A stretch of 64,000 bases of DNA, from NCBI RefSeq assembly GCF_013149785.1, contig NZ_JABEZU010000004.1, positions 1 to 64,000 on the forward strand, given 5' to 3'. The notes below the pieces were generated by a model. It was not told where the DNA came from, ran no database searches, and worked only from the letters and a program-made list of their open reading frames with translations. The position numbers were made by a program, and so were the translations under genes. The stretch's first letter is position 1. Every line of letters starts with the position of its first letter. The stretch is from Isoptericola halotolerans. Its GTDB lineage: Bacteria; Actinomycetota; Actinomycetes; Actinomycetales; Cellulomonadaceae. Below, in pieces: positions 38,703-52,320 of the stretch.

Positions 38703-40495
38703 TGCCCGACACCCCCACCGCCACGTCCCCTCCTCGTTTCGAGCGGCTGCGCATCCTGCTCGGCTTCATCCGTCCGCACCGCCGCACCCTGGTCCTCGGC
38801 ATGGCGCTCGGCATCGCGGCCACCGCCATGGGGCTGGCCACCCCCATGGTGACCAAGTGGGTGCTCGACTCCCTCGGCTCGGGGCAGTCCCTGGCCGCCC
38901 CGGTGCTCTGGCTGCTCGCACTGCTGCTGGTGGGCTCCGCCGTCGGGCTCGTCCAGTGGATCCTGCTCGGCACGCTCGCGGAGGACGTCGTCTACGACGC
39001 GCGAGAGTCGCTGGTGCGGCGGTACCTCCGCGCCCGCATCGGCGCCATCACCTCCCGGCCCCCCGGCGAGCTGGTCACCCGGGTCACCTCCGACACCCTG
39101 CTGCTGCGCGAGGCCACCTCGTCGAGCCTCGTGAGCCTGGTCAACGGCGCGATCGGCCTCATCGGCACCCTCGTGCTCATGGCCGTGCTCGACGTCGTCC
39201 TGCTGGGCTCCACCGTCGTGGCGATCATCGTCGTCGGGATCGCGATGGGCCTGCTCCTGCCGGGCATCGGGACGGCCCAGAAGCGCACCCAGGACGCCGT
39301 CGGCCGCCTCGGCGGCACCCTGGAGGGCACCGTGCGCGCCGTGCGCACGGTCAAGGTCAGCCGCGCCGAGGCGCGCCAGAGCGCCGCCATCCTCGACGAC
39401 GCCCGGTCCGCCCGACGCCACGCCATCACCGCCGTGCGCACCGAGGCCGTCGCCTGGACCATCTCGTGGGGAGGCATCCAGCTCGCCATCATCGCCATCC
39501 TCGGCATCGGCGCCTGGCGGGTGTCCGAGGACCTGCTCGCCGTGTCCAGCCTCGTGGCGTTCCTGCTCTACGCGTTCAACATCGTCGGGCCGATCGGCGA
39601 GCTCACGCAGGCCTTCACCAACCTGCAGTCCGGCATCGCCGCCGCCGCACGGATCAGCGAGGTCCAGGCCATGGAGGTCGAGTCCGAGGAGGAGGACCCG
39701 ACGGCCGCGACGGGCGAGCGGCCGACGCCGTCACCCGCGCTCGCCGTGGGAGCCACCGCACCTGCCGTGCTGCTCCTCGAGGGCGTCACCGCCCGCTACT
39801 CCCCCACCGCCGAGCCCGCGGTGCGGGACGTCAGCATCGCCGTGCCCCGGCACGGGCACGTGGCGGTCGTCGGGCCGTCCGGGGCGGGGAAGTCCACGCT
39901 GCTGTCGCTGCTGCTGCGGTTCCTCGAGCCCGAGTCCGGCCGGATCCTGCTGGACGGCACGCCCTACCCCGAGCTGTCCCACGCCGCCGTCCGGGGCCGG
40001 TTCGCCTACGTGGAGCAGGAGACACCCGTGGTCCCCGGGACCATCCGCGAGAACCTGCTGTTCAGCCACCCCGACGCCTCCGACGAGGCCCTCGCCGACG
40101 CCCTGCGCGCCGTCCGGCTCGACGGCGAGATCGACCGGCTCCCCGACGGGCTCGACACCTCGCTGGTCTCCAGCGCCGTCTCCGGCGGCCAGCGCCAGCG
40201 GATCGCCCTGGCCCGCGCCCTGCTGCGCCGCCCCGCCGTGCTCCTCCTGGACGAGGCGACCTCGCAGGTCGACGGCCTCACCGAGGCAGCCATCCACGAC
40301 GCGATCCGCGCCCAGGCCCGTCACGGGGCCGTGGTCACGGTCGCGCACCGGCTGTCCACGGTGCTCGATGCCGACCAGATCGTCGTCATGGAGAACGGCA
40401 CGGTGCGCGCCTCGGGAACCCACGACGAGCTGACCGCGAGCGACGAGCTCTACCGCGACCTGGTGGCCGCGCTGCGGATCTCGGTGGCGGGCTGA
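38702..40495 (+). CDS. ABC exporter (fused TMD+NBD, multidrug type)
   Basis: Six TM segments, GPSGAGKST, VSGGQRQR, LLLDEATS. Confidence 0.92.
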   Translation: MPDTPTATSPPRFERLRILLGFIRPHRRTLVLGMALGIAATAMGLATPMVTKWVLDSLGSGQSLAAPVLWLLALLLVGSAVGLVQWILLGTLAEDVVYDARESLVRRYLRARIGAITSRPPGELVTRVTSDTLLLREATSSSLVSLVNGAIGLIGTLVLMAVLDVVLLGSTVVAIIVVGIAMGLLLPGIGTAQKRTQDAVGRLGGTLEGTVRAVRTVKVSRAEARQSAAILDDARSARRHAITAVRTEAVAWTISWGGIQLAIIAILGIGAWRVSEDLLAVSSLVAFLLYAFNIVGPIGELTQAFTNLQSGIAAAARISEVQAMEVESEEEDPTAATGERPTPSPALAVGATAPAVLLLEGVTARYSPTAEPAVRDVSIAVPRHGHVAVVGPSGAGKSTLLSLLLRFLEPESGRILLDGTPYPELSHAAVRGRFAYVEQETPVVPGTIRENLLFSHPDASDEALADALRAVRLDGEIDRLPDGLDTSLVSSAVSGGQRQRIALARALLRRPAVLLLDEATSQVDGLTEAAIHDAIRAQARHGAVVTVAHRLSTVLDADQIVVMENGTVRASGTHDELTASDELYRDLVAALRISVAG

Positions 40496-40635
40496 CCGCC
40501 GGGCGGCGATTCCTGCCGGGTGCGAGCGCCCGTCACCGCTTGAATGGCGGGCACGGTGCCGTCCTGACCGCAGCACGGCAGCACGACCGGATCGCGCGAC
40601 GACGCCGGGACGCCGGCGACGAGGAGTGGGTGCAC

Positions 40636-41124
40636 ATGAACAAGGCGCAGCTCGTGGAAGCGGTGGCTCAGCGGGCGGGCAGCACGCCCGCCGAGGCCCG
40701 GCGGCACGTCGACGCCGTCCTGGCCTCGATCATCGACGGCGTGGCGGCCGGGGAGCGGGTGTCCCTGCTCGGGTTCGGCACGTTCGCCGGGGTGGCACGA
40801 CCGGCCCGGACCGCGCGCAACCCGCGCACGGGTGCCGCCGTCGAGGTGCCCGCCGCCGTGGTCCCGCGGTTCCGCGTCGGCGCGGGGTTCAAGGCTCGGG
40901 TGACCGAGGGCGACGCGACGCCGTCGGCGAGCACGAAGGTCTCACCGGCACGGGCCACGGCGAGCGAGAACGAACCTGCGGGCAGGTCGGCGACGAAGAA
41001 GGGCAAGAAGTCCGCGGGCGCCGGCTCGAAGTCCGGCTCGAAGAAGAAGGACTCGACGAAGGGCTCGGGCACGAAGACTTCCGCCAAGAAGAGCAAGAAG
41101 GGCAAGAAGTCGAAGAAGAAGTGA
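40636..41124 (+). CDS. HU-family DNA-binding protein with Lys-rich tail
   Basis: MNKAQLV, GFGTF, ARTARNPRTG; tail ...KKSKKGKKSKKK. Confidence 0.9.
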   Translation: MNKAQLVEAVAQRAGSTPAEARRHVDAVLASIIDGVAAGERVSLLGFGTFAGVARPARTARNPRTGAAVEVPAAVVPRFRVGAGFKARVTEGDATPSASTKVSPARATASENEPAGRSATKKGKKSAGAGSKSGSKKKDSTKGSGTKTSAKKSKKGKKSKKK

Positions 41125-41134
41125 CGCCCGCCCG

Positions 41135-41323
41135 TCAGCGCTCGGCGATCGCCTCGGTCAGCAACCGGACGGCCTTCGGGCCGACGCCGTGCAGGGCCAG
41201 CAGCTCGGCGAGCTCGGCGGGAAGCTCGTCGAGCGAGCGGTAGCCGGCGTGCAGCAGCGCGCCCGTCGCGGGCCGACCGATCTTCACACCGTCGAACACG
41301 GGGCCGGCGTCGTCCTCGGCCAT
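41135..41323 (-). CDS. Small helix-hairpin-helix / RNAP alpha-CTD-like protein
   Basis: IGRPATGALLHAGY, LLALHGVGPKAVRLL; GAGAGGG RBS. Confidence 0.75.
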   Translation of the reverse strand: MAEDDAGPVFDGVKIGRPATGALLHAGYRSLDELPAELAELLALHGVGPKAVRLLTEAIAER

Positions 41324-41373
41324 CGTGGGCCCCTCTCGTCCGGTTCTCTCGTCCACCACCCAGGCTAGCGCTG

Positions 41374-41401
41374 TTGACAAGATACCCCCTGGGGGTATGG
41401 T
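41374..41401 (+). promoter_or_regulatory. csoR promoter TTGACA-N16-TATGGT with CsoR operator ATACCCCCTGGGGGTAT (41382-41398)
   Basis: Typical CsoR C-tract/G-tract palindrome overlapping the promoter. Confidence 0.88.
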
Positions 41402-41407
41402 GAAGAG

Positions 41408-41749
41408 ATGAGCGAGCACCCGGCACCCCTCCCCGACCCCGCCTCCGGGCAGTCCGGGCACGACGGGCCCCACGGCTACGCCTCGGACAAGGCCGCCTAC
41501 CTCAAGCGGATGCGCCGGATCGAGGGTCAGGTGCGAGGGATCGCCCGCATGATCGACGAGGACGTCTACTGCATCGACATCCTCACGCAGGTCTCCGCCG
41601 TGACGAAGGCCCTGCAGTCGGTCAGCCTGGCACTGGTCGAGGACCACCTGGGCCACTGCGTCGTCGACGCGGCCCGCGAGTCCGACGAGGCCGGCGCCTC
41701 GAAGGTCAAGGAGGCGTCCGCTGCGATCGGGCGCCTCGTCCGCAGCTGA
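41408..41749 (+). CDS. csoR: Copper-sensing repressor CsoR
   Basis: RRIEGQVRGI, YCIDILTQ, HLGHCV. Confidence 0.93.
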   Translation: MSEHPAPLPDPASGQSGHDGPHGYASDKAAYLKRMRRIEGQVRGIARMIDEDVYCIDILTQVSAVTKALQSVSLALVEDHLGHCVVDAARESDEAGASKVKEASAAIGRLVRS

Positions 41750-41761
41750 GAAGGAGCACCC

Positions 41762-42118
41762 ATGAGCACCGTCACCACCCTGGGCGTCACCGGCATGACG
41801 TGCGCCAACTGCGTCGCCCACGTCACCGACGACCTGCAGCAGGTCGACGGCGTCGAGCACGTCAGCATCGTGCTGAACGTCGGCGGCGAGTCCGAGGCCA
41901 CCGTCTTCTCGAAGGAGCCCCTCGAGGAGCAGGCATTGCGCCACGCGGTCGACGAGGCCGGGTACGCCGTCACCTCCTACGACCTGCAGACCGACGCCCT
42001 CGCCGCTCAGCAGGCCGCACAGGCCCCCGCGCGGCAGGAGGCCCACGACTGCGCCTGCGGTCACGACGCACAGCCCGCCACGAAGACCTACGACCCCCAG
42101 GTCCCGCCGCGGCGCTGA
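41762..42118 (+). CDS. copZ: Copper chaperone (HMA) with C-terminal extension
   Basis: GMTCANC, AVDEAGY. Confidence 0.88.
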   Translation: MSTVTTLGVTGMTCANCVAHVTDDLQQVDGVEHVSIVLNVGGESEATVFSKEPLEEQALRHAVDEAGYAVTSYDLQTDALAAQQAAQAPARQEAHDCACGHDAQPATKTYDPQVPPRR

Positions 42119-42295
42119 CCCGCCGCACCACACCGCGGACCGCCTGCCGACCCACGGACCCGACGCACCGCCGTCGTCCGTGCAGGCCCTCCGCGCCGCG
42201 CCGCACGGCAGCCCGCCCGACGCCCCGACCTCCGACGACCGCCGCCACGGTCCGTCGCCGGTGATCTCCACCCCGCACCGTCCCAGGAGTCACCC

Positions 42296-44779
<2,484 letters not shown>

Positions 44780-44787
44780 CCCACGTC

Positions 44788-44854
44788 GTGGGCGCGAATT
44801 CTGGCCCGTTCAATCCCTTTTGTGGGGATACGAAAGCACAGAATTCGCGCCCAC
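44788..44854. repeat. Inverted repeat (16-bp arms, AT-rich interior) between convergent genes
   Basis: gtgggcgcgaattctg / cagaattcgcgcccac. Confidence 0.75.
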
Positions 44855-44863
44855 AACGCTTGC

Positions 44864-45679
44864 TCAGCGGAAGCGGCGGCCCTCGTCGCGGCGGTACGCC
44901 CAGACGGCGAGGCCCGCGAAGAGCACCGTCCATCCGAGCAGCACCGGCCACGCCCACGGGTTCGCCTCCATACCCGTGAGCGCCTGGACCAGCAGGTCCC
45001 GGCCGGCACGCGTCGGGGTCGCCTGGGACAGGGTGTCCATCCAGTCGGGGAACATCATCGGCGGCAGGAACAGCCCGCCCGCGAACGCCAGCGGGAACAG
45101 GATCACCTGCACGACCGGCAACGCGGCCTTGGCCGTCAACGAGTAGCCGATGCCCATGCCCAGGAGAACGAACGGCACCGACGTCAGCAGGATCGTCCCG
45201 ATGCCCGCGACCAGCTCCGGGACGGTGACCGAGGCTGCGGTGAACAGCCACGCCACGACGATGAGCGGGATCAGCCCGATCAGCGCGAAGGCCGCGCCGT
45301 TGCCCACCCGCGCCACCATGCGCGGCCCTGGCCCCGCCGGCAGCGAGCGCAGGAACGGGTCGAAGGGCAGTGCCCGGTCCTCGGCGACCCCGAGTCCGTA
45401 CGTGAACAGGCTCGCCGAGCAGACGGCGAACAGCCCGAGACCGGCCACCGCCATCGTGGCGATCTGCGAGTCACCGGCCACCTCGGACTGCGGCACGACG
45501 AAGAAGAGCATCGCCAGCGAGGGGAACACCGCGTTCCCGATGACCGCGATCGGGACCCGGACGGTCTCGAGGAACTGGTAGCGCAGGTGCAGCCACGCCA
45601 GGCGGACCGGGCTGACGGTGGTCCCGGTGGTGCCCGACGGCGGCACGGGCGGTCGGGTGGTCGGGCGTGCGGCGGTCAT
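44864..45679 (-). CDS. ABC-2 type permease
   Basis: Six TM segments, GGLFLPP, C-terminal YRRDEGRRFR. Confidence 0.88.
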   Translation of the reverse strand: MTAARPTTRPPVPPSGTTGTTVSPVRLAWLHLRYQFLETVRVPIAVIGNAVFPSLAMLFFVVPQSEVAGDSQIATMAVAGLGLFAVCSASLFTYGLGVAEDRALPFDPFLRSLPAGPGPRMVARVGNGAAFALIGLIPLIVVAWLFTAASVTVPELVAGIGTILLTSVPFVLLGMGIGYSLTAKAALPVVQVILFPLAFAGGLFLPPMMFPDWMDTLSQATPTRAGRDLLVQALTGMEANPWAWPVLLGWTVLFAGLAVWAYRRDEGRRFR

Positions 45680-46590
45680 CGGGTCGCTCCTTCCAGGGGG
45701 CTCTCGGCCGCGACCATCTCGGCGAACGCCTCCTCGAGGCTCGCGCCCCGGATCTCGAGGTCACGGAAGTCGACGTCGGCGCGCACCAGGTCGCGGACCA
45801 GCGCGTCGGCGTCGGGGGTGAACAGCTCCTGGCGCGTGCCGCCGTCGGCCCCCGTGCCGCCGACCTGCTCGACGCGCACGACGCCCGGCCAGGTGGACAG
45901 GTCGTCCGCGACGGTCAGGACGACCCGGCGCAGCGCCACCCGGCGCAGGATCGCGTCCAGCGAGTCGTCGGCACGCACCACGCCGTGGTCGATGACGACG
46001 ACGCGCTCGGCGAGCGCCTGGACCTCCTCCAGGTAGTGGCTCGTCAGCAGCACCGTGCCGCCGCCCGCGTGGTACCGGCGGATCGCGTCCCACAGGGCCT
46101 GCCGAGCGCCGACGTCGAGGCCCGTGGTGGGCTCGTCGAGCAGGACGACGCGCGGGTTGCCGACGAGCGACAGGGCGACCGCGAGCCGCCGCTTCTGCCC
46201 GCCGGAGAGCGCCCCGGTCTGCTTGCGCGCCATCTCGGTGAGCCCGAACTGGTCCAGCAGCTCCCCGGTCGGGACCGGGCGGGGGAAGTGCCCGGCGACG
46301 AAGTCGACGACCTCCCGCACCTTCAGCGTGGCGGGCAGACCGGTCTCCTGCGGCGTGATGCCGAGACTGATCCGGCTGAGCGCGTCCCGCGGGTCGCCGC
46401 CCATCAGACGGACCGTCCCGACGTCGGGCCTGCGCTGGCCGCTGATCAGCGACAGCAGCGTGGACTTCCCGGCGCCGTTGGGGCCGAGCAGCCCGACGAG
46501 CTCACCGGCCCCCACGTCGAGGGAGACGTCGTCGAGCGCGACGACCTCGCCGAAGCGACGCGTCACCCCGTCGACCTCGATGACACTCAT
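45676..46590 (-). CDS. ABC transporter ATP-binding protein
   Basis: GPNGAGKST, LSGGQ, DEPTTGLD. Confidence 0.93.
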   Translation of the reverse strand: MSVIEVDGVTRRFGEVVALDDVSLDVGAGELVGLLGPNGAGKSTLLSLISGQRRPDVGTVRLMGGDPRDALSRISLGITPQETGLPATLKVREVVDFVAGHFPRPVPTGELLDQFGLTEMARKQTGALSGGQKRRLAVALSLVGNPRVVLLDEPTTGLDVGARQALWDAIRRYHAGGGTVLLTSHYLEEVQALAERVVVIDHGVVRADDSLDAILRRVALRRVVLTVADDLSTWPGVVRVEQVGGTGADGGTRQELFTPDADALVRDLVRADVDFRDLEIRGASLEEAFAEMVAAESPLEGATR

Positions 46591-46886
46591 GTTCCTGCTC
46601 CCTTCAGCAGAGCGGTCAGGGTGGCCGTGTAGTCCTCGAAGGCGCGCCGGCCGGCCGTGGTCAGCGCGAGGTAGGTGACCGGCTTGCGGCCGGTGTGCGT
46701 CTTGGACACGCGCACGTAGCCCGCGTCCTCGAGCTTGCGCAGGTGGGTGGACAGGTTGCCCGCCGTCATCTCCAGAAGCTGCTGCAGCTTGGGGAACGCG
46801 ATCTCCTCGGCGGGGGCGAGCGTGGCCAGCGTGGACACGACCCGCAGCCGCGCCGGGGCGTGGATGACGGTGTCGAGCTCATCCAT
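46587..46886 (-). CDS. Winged-helix transcriptional regulator (MarR/ArsR-like)
   Basis: IHAPARL, TAGNLSTHLRKLEDAGYV. Confidence 0.9.
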   Translation of the reverse strand: MDELDTVIHAPARLRVVSTLATLAPAEEIAFPKLQQLLEMTAGNLSTHLRKLEDAGYVRVSKTHTGRKPVTYLALTTAGRRAFEDYTATLTALLKGAGT

Positions 46887-47589
46887 CGACGGGCTCCTGG
46901 CCGACGGCGCCGCGCCCGCCGGGTTCGCAGGCTGCGGTGCGTCGTCGTCGGGCGGTCAGCACCGCCTCGATCCCGCACATGACGAGGAAGCCGCCACCGC
47001 CCGCGATCGCCATCACGAGGTAGGTGCCGGGCATCCCGGCGATCGTCGCGACACCTCCGGTGAGCAGGATCCACAGCCCGAGGACGAAGAGGCGGTTGTC
47101 CGGGAAGAACGTGCCGCCCGCGAGGTACATCAGACCGACGACGACGCAGGCGAGGGCGTTGGCGACCAGCGCGATGACGTCGTCGGAGGCCCCGGCGCGA
47201 GCGATGCCGGCGATGATGAACGGATAGGCGAGGAAGCCCAGCATCCAGGACCACCCGTACAGCGCACCGACGCGGCGGCTCGGCCCCCTGGTCCCTGAGC
47301 CCCGGCGGACGCTGTGCACGATCGTGATGACGATCGCCGCGATCAGCAGGGTGCCGAAGATCGGGAAGGCGGGTCCCGTGGGGGGTCCACCCTGGTCGCG
47401 CGCGTTCGTCCACAGCACGAGGTAGCCGACCCCCCAGGCGATCCCCCACACCAGGTAGAGCAGGCGCCCGTCCGGTTCGGTCCCCGCACGGGCACGGCGC
47501 TGCGACTCCTCGATCAGTCGGAGCGTCTCGGCAGGGTCGAGAACCTCCGGTTTCCTGGGCTCCGGGTGGTCGCGTGGGGAGCTCGACAT
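46879..47589 (-). CDS. Membrane protein (~6 TM) upstream of wHTH-ABC
   Basis: LYLVWGIAWGVGY; GGAGG RBS; overlaps the regulator start. Confidence 0.8.
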   Translation of the reverse strand: MSSSPRDHPEPRKPEVLDPAETLRLIEESQRRARAGTEPDGRLLYLVWGIAWGVGYLVLWTNARDQGGPPTGPAFPIFGTLLIAAIVITIVHSVRRGSGTRGPSRRVGALYGWSWMLGFLAYPFIIAGIARAGASDDVIALVANALACVVVGLMYLAGGTFFPDNRLFVLGLWILLTGGVATIAGMPGTYLVMAIAGGGGFLVMCGIEAVLTARRRRTAACEPGGRGAVGQEPVDG

Positions 47590-47613
47590 CGTGGTTCCTC
47601 CGGTGGCATTCAG

Positions 47614-47637
47614 GTTTGCAATACAAACTAGTTTGTA
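47614..47637. promoter_or_regulatory. Overlapping dyads GTTTG-N5-CAAAC and TACAAACTAGTTTGTA, likely operator
   Basis: AT-rich palindromes in a divergent promoter region. Confidence 0.6.
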
Positions 47638-47682
47638 GCGTGCCACGTCCGCACCTCGCGCACAACCCCTACGCTGGACGCC

Positions 47683-48522
47683 GTGCCCGACACCGCACCA
47701 TCCCGGCCCGCCACCCCGTGGAGCCCGCCCGCACCCGCCGCACCGGCGCGCACGCCGCGCGAACGGCGTCGCACCGGCGCAGAGATCTGGATCGTCCTCG
47801 GCCTGAGCCTCGGTCAGAGCGCCGTCTACGCCCTGGTGAACATCGTGGCGCGCCTGACCGCCGAGACCTCGCTCGCCGACCAGAGCGCCACCCTCAACGC
47901 CTCGAGGTCCCCGCGCCCCTGGCTCGACCTGACGTACCAGCTCCTCGGGATCGGGTTCGCCCTCGTCCCCGTCGTCCTGGCGATCTACCTGCTCAGCGCC
48001 CGCGGCCCCGGGACGCTGCGCCGCATCGGGTTCGACGCCGCCCGGCCCGGTCGCGACACCGCGTGGGGCGTCGCGCTGGCGGCCGCGATCGGGCTCCCCG
48101 GGCTGGCGTTCTACGCCCTGGGCCGGGCCCTCGGCATCACCGTCAGCGTGCAGGCGAGCGCGCTCGACGCGCACTGGTGGACCGTGCCGGTCCTGATCCT
48201 CGCCGCGCTGCAGAACGGCCTGGTCGAGGAGGTGATCGCCGTCGCCTACCTCACCGAGCGCACCACGGACCTGGGCTGGACACGCCTCAAGATCATCGCC
48301 ACCAGCGCCCTGCTGCGCGGCTCGTACCACCTGTACCAGGGCATCGGGCCGTTCCTCGGCAACGTGGTCATGGGCATCCTCTTCGCGTGGTTCTACACCT
48401 CGCGCTGGGGGCGCCACCGCGTCCTGCCGCTCGTCGTCGCGCACACGGTGCTCGACGTCGTCGCCTTCGTCGGGTACGCGCTGGTGCCCGCCGAGTGGCG
48501 CGCGGGCCTGGGGATCACCTGA
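47683..48522 (+). CDS. CPBP (Abi/CAAX) intramembrane glutamic endopeptidase
   Basis: EEVI, RGSYHLYQG, AHTVLD. Confidence 0.88.
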   Translation: MPDTAPSRPATPWSPPAPAAPARTPRERRRTGAEIWIVLGLSLGQSAVYALVNIVARLTAETSLADQSATLNASRSPRPWLDLTYQLLGIGFALVPVVLAIYLLSARGPGTLRRIGFDAARPGRDTAWGVALAAAIGLPGLAFYALGRALGITVSVQASALDAHWWTVPVLILAALQNGLVEEVIAVAYLTERTTDLGWTRLKIIATSALLRGSYHLYQGIGPFLGNVVMGILFAWFYTSRWGRHRVLPLVVAHTVLDVVAFVGYALVPAEWRAGLGIT

Positions 48523-48552
48523 CGTTCACCCCCGCCCCGCGCCCCCTGCGGG

Positions 48553-50225
<1,673 letters not shown>

Positions 50226-50229
<4 letters not shown>

Positions 50230-51266
50230 CGCTCGTCCTCCTTCGTCGTGTCGGCCTGCACCGACGTCTCGGCGACGTCCCCCGCCACCTCCGCGGACGC
50301 GGTACGGGACCGCAGCCGCGGGTCGGCGAGGTCGTTCAACGACTCGCCCATGAGCGTCATGCCCATCGCGGCGATCACGATCGCCAGCCCCGGGAACATC
50401 GCCGTCCACCAGATGCCGGAGGTGACGTCCGCGACCGCACGCTGCAGGTCGTAGCCCCACTCCGCGGCCGCCGTCGGCTCGATGCCGAACCCGAGGAAGC
50501 CGAGGCCCGCCAGGGTGAGGATCGCCTCCGAGGCGTTGAGCGTGACGATGAGGGGCAGCGTGCGCACCGAGTTGCGCAGCACGTGGCGGGTCATGATCCG
50601 CCGGTGCGGGGTGCCCAGCACCCGGGCGGCGTCGACGAACGCCTCGGACTTGACCCGCACCACCTCGGACCGCACCACGCGGAAGTACTGCGGGATGAAC
50701 ACCACGGTGATCGACAGCGCGGCGGCCAGGATGCCGCCCCACATGCTCGACTGCCCCCCGGAGATCACGATCGCCAGCAGGATCGCCAGCAGCAGCGAGG
50801 GGAACGCGTAGATCGCGTCGGCCACCAGCACCAGCACCCGGTCCAGCCACCCGCCGAAGTACCCGGAGACCAGTCCCAGGAGCACACCGATGACCAGCGA
50901 GGCCGCCACCGCCACGACGACGACGAGGACGGCGGTCTGCGCACCCCAGATCACCCGGGAGAGCACGTCGTACCCACCCACGGTCGTGCCGAACCAGTGC
51001 TCGGCGCTGGGGGGCTGCTGCGTGCCGAAGCTGCCGGCCGCGTCGGAACGCTGCGACGGTCCGTACGGCGCGAGCAGCGGTGCGAGCGCGGCGAGCAGGA
51101 CGAACGCCGTGGTGAGGCCGATGCCCGCCAGGAGCATGCCGCGCTGCAGGCCGACGCTCTGGCGCACCTGGCGCACCACCGGCGCCCGCCGCAGCCAGGC
51201 CCACCGGCCCCCCAGGTGCTCGGGCGCCGCGCCGGCGGTGCCGACGGACGAGATGGGGACGCTCAT
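50226..51266 (-). CDS. Peptide ABC permease (DppC/OppC-like)
   Basis: HWFGT, FVDAARVLG, LGFLGFG. Confidence 0.9.
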
Positions 51267-52309
51267 CAGTACCTCACTCTCGGGTCGATCAGCGCGGCGA
51301 TCACGTCCACCAGGAAGTTCGTCACCGCCACGATCACCGCCATCAGCACGACGATGCCCTGCACCGCGACGAAGTCCCGCACGGTGAGGTACTGGGCGAG
51401 CTGGAAGCCCAGACCGCGCCACTCGAAGGTCGTCTCGGTCAGCACGGCTCCCACCAGCAGCATCGCCACCTGCATCCCGGCCACGGTGATGACCGGGATG
51501 AGCGCGGGCCGGGTGGCGTGGGCGGTGACGAGCCGGCGTTCGCGCACCCCGCGCGAACGGGCGGCGTCGACGTAGTCGGTGCCGAGGGTGGCGATCATGT
51601 TGGTCCGCACGAGCCGCAGGAACACCCCGGCCGTGAGCAGACCGAGCGCGACGGAGGGCAGCACGGCGTGGGAGAGCACGTCCTGCACCACCCACCACTG
51701 GCCGGTGCGGATCGCGTCCACCAGGTAGAACCCGGAGGACTCCCCGGCGAACCGCATCTCGATCTGCGCGGCGGTCGAGGCCCGGCCGGCCACGGGGAAC
51801 CAGCCCAGCCCGACCGCGAAGATCAGCTTGAGCAGCAGGCCGGCGAAGAACACCGGGGTGGCGTAGGCCAGGATGGCGAGCACGCGCAGCCCGGCGTCGG
51901 GCCACCTGTCGCGGAAGTAGGCGGCGAGCATGCCCAGCGGCAGCCCGAGCACCACGGCGATCGCCACGGCGTACGCGGTGAGCTCGAGCGTCGCCCCGCC
52001 GTACAGGCCGAGCACCTCGATGACGGGCTGGTTGTCGCTGATGGTGGTGCCGAAGTCGCCGCGGACGATGCCGGTCAGGTACTCCCAGTACTGGACCAGC
52101 ACGGGCCGGTCGTACCCGGCCTCCGTGATCCGGCGCTGCAGCTCGTCGGCGGAGAGGCGACCTCCCTGCGAGGCGGTGATGGGGTCACCGGTGGCTCGCA
52201 TGAGCACGAACACGGTGGTGACCAGGATGAACACGGTCGGGATGATGAGCAGGAAGCGCACCAGGATGTAGCGTCCCAGTGCGCTTCCTGCCGTGGGTGT
52301 TGCGGCCAC
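51266..52309 (-). CDS. Peptide ABC permease (DppB/OppB-like)
   Basis: GDFGT, DYVDAARSRG, ETTFEWRGLG, IDPRVRY. Confidence 0.9.
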   Translation of the reverse strand: MAATPTAGSALGRYILVRFLLIIPTVFILVTTVFVLMRATGDPITASQGGRLSADELQRRITEAGYDRPVLVQYWEYLTGIVRGDFGTTISDNQPVIEVLGLYGGATLELTAYAVAIAVVLGLPLGMLAAYFRDRWPDAGLRVLAILAYATPVFFAGLLLKLIFAVGLGWFPVAGRASTAAQIEMRFAGESSGFYLVDAIRTGQWWVVQDVLSHAVLPSVALGLLTAGVFLRLVRTNMIATLGTDYVDAARSRGVRERRLVTAHATRPALIPVITVAGMQVAMLLVGAVLTETTFEWRGLGFQLAQYLTVRDFVAVQGIVVLMAVIVAVTNFLVDVIAALIDPRVRY

Positions 52310-52320
52310 GAGTGCTGCGC

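Noticed and set aside
42119..42295. C-rich 177-bp spacer between copZ and copA as a possible ncRNA or small ORF
   Set aside because: No recognisable structure, start signal or motif.
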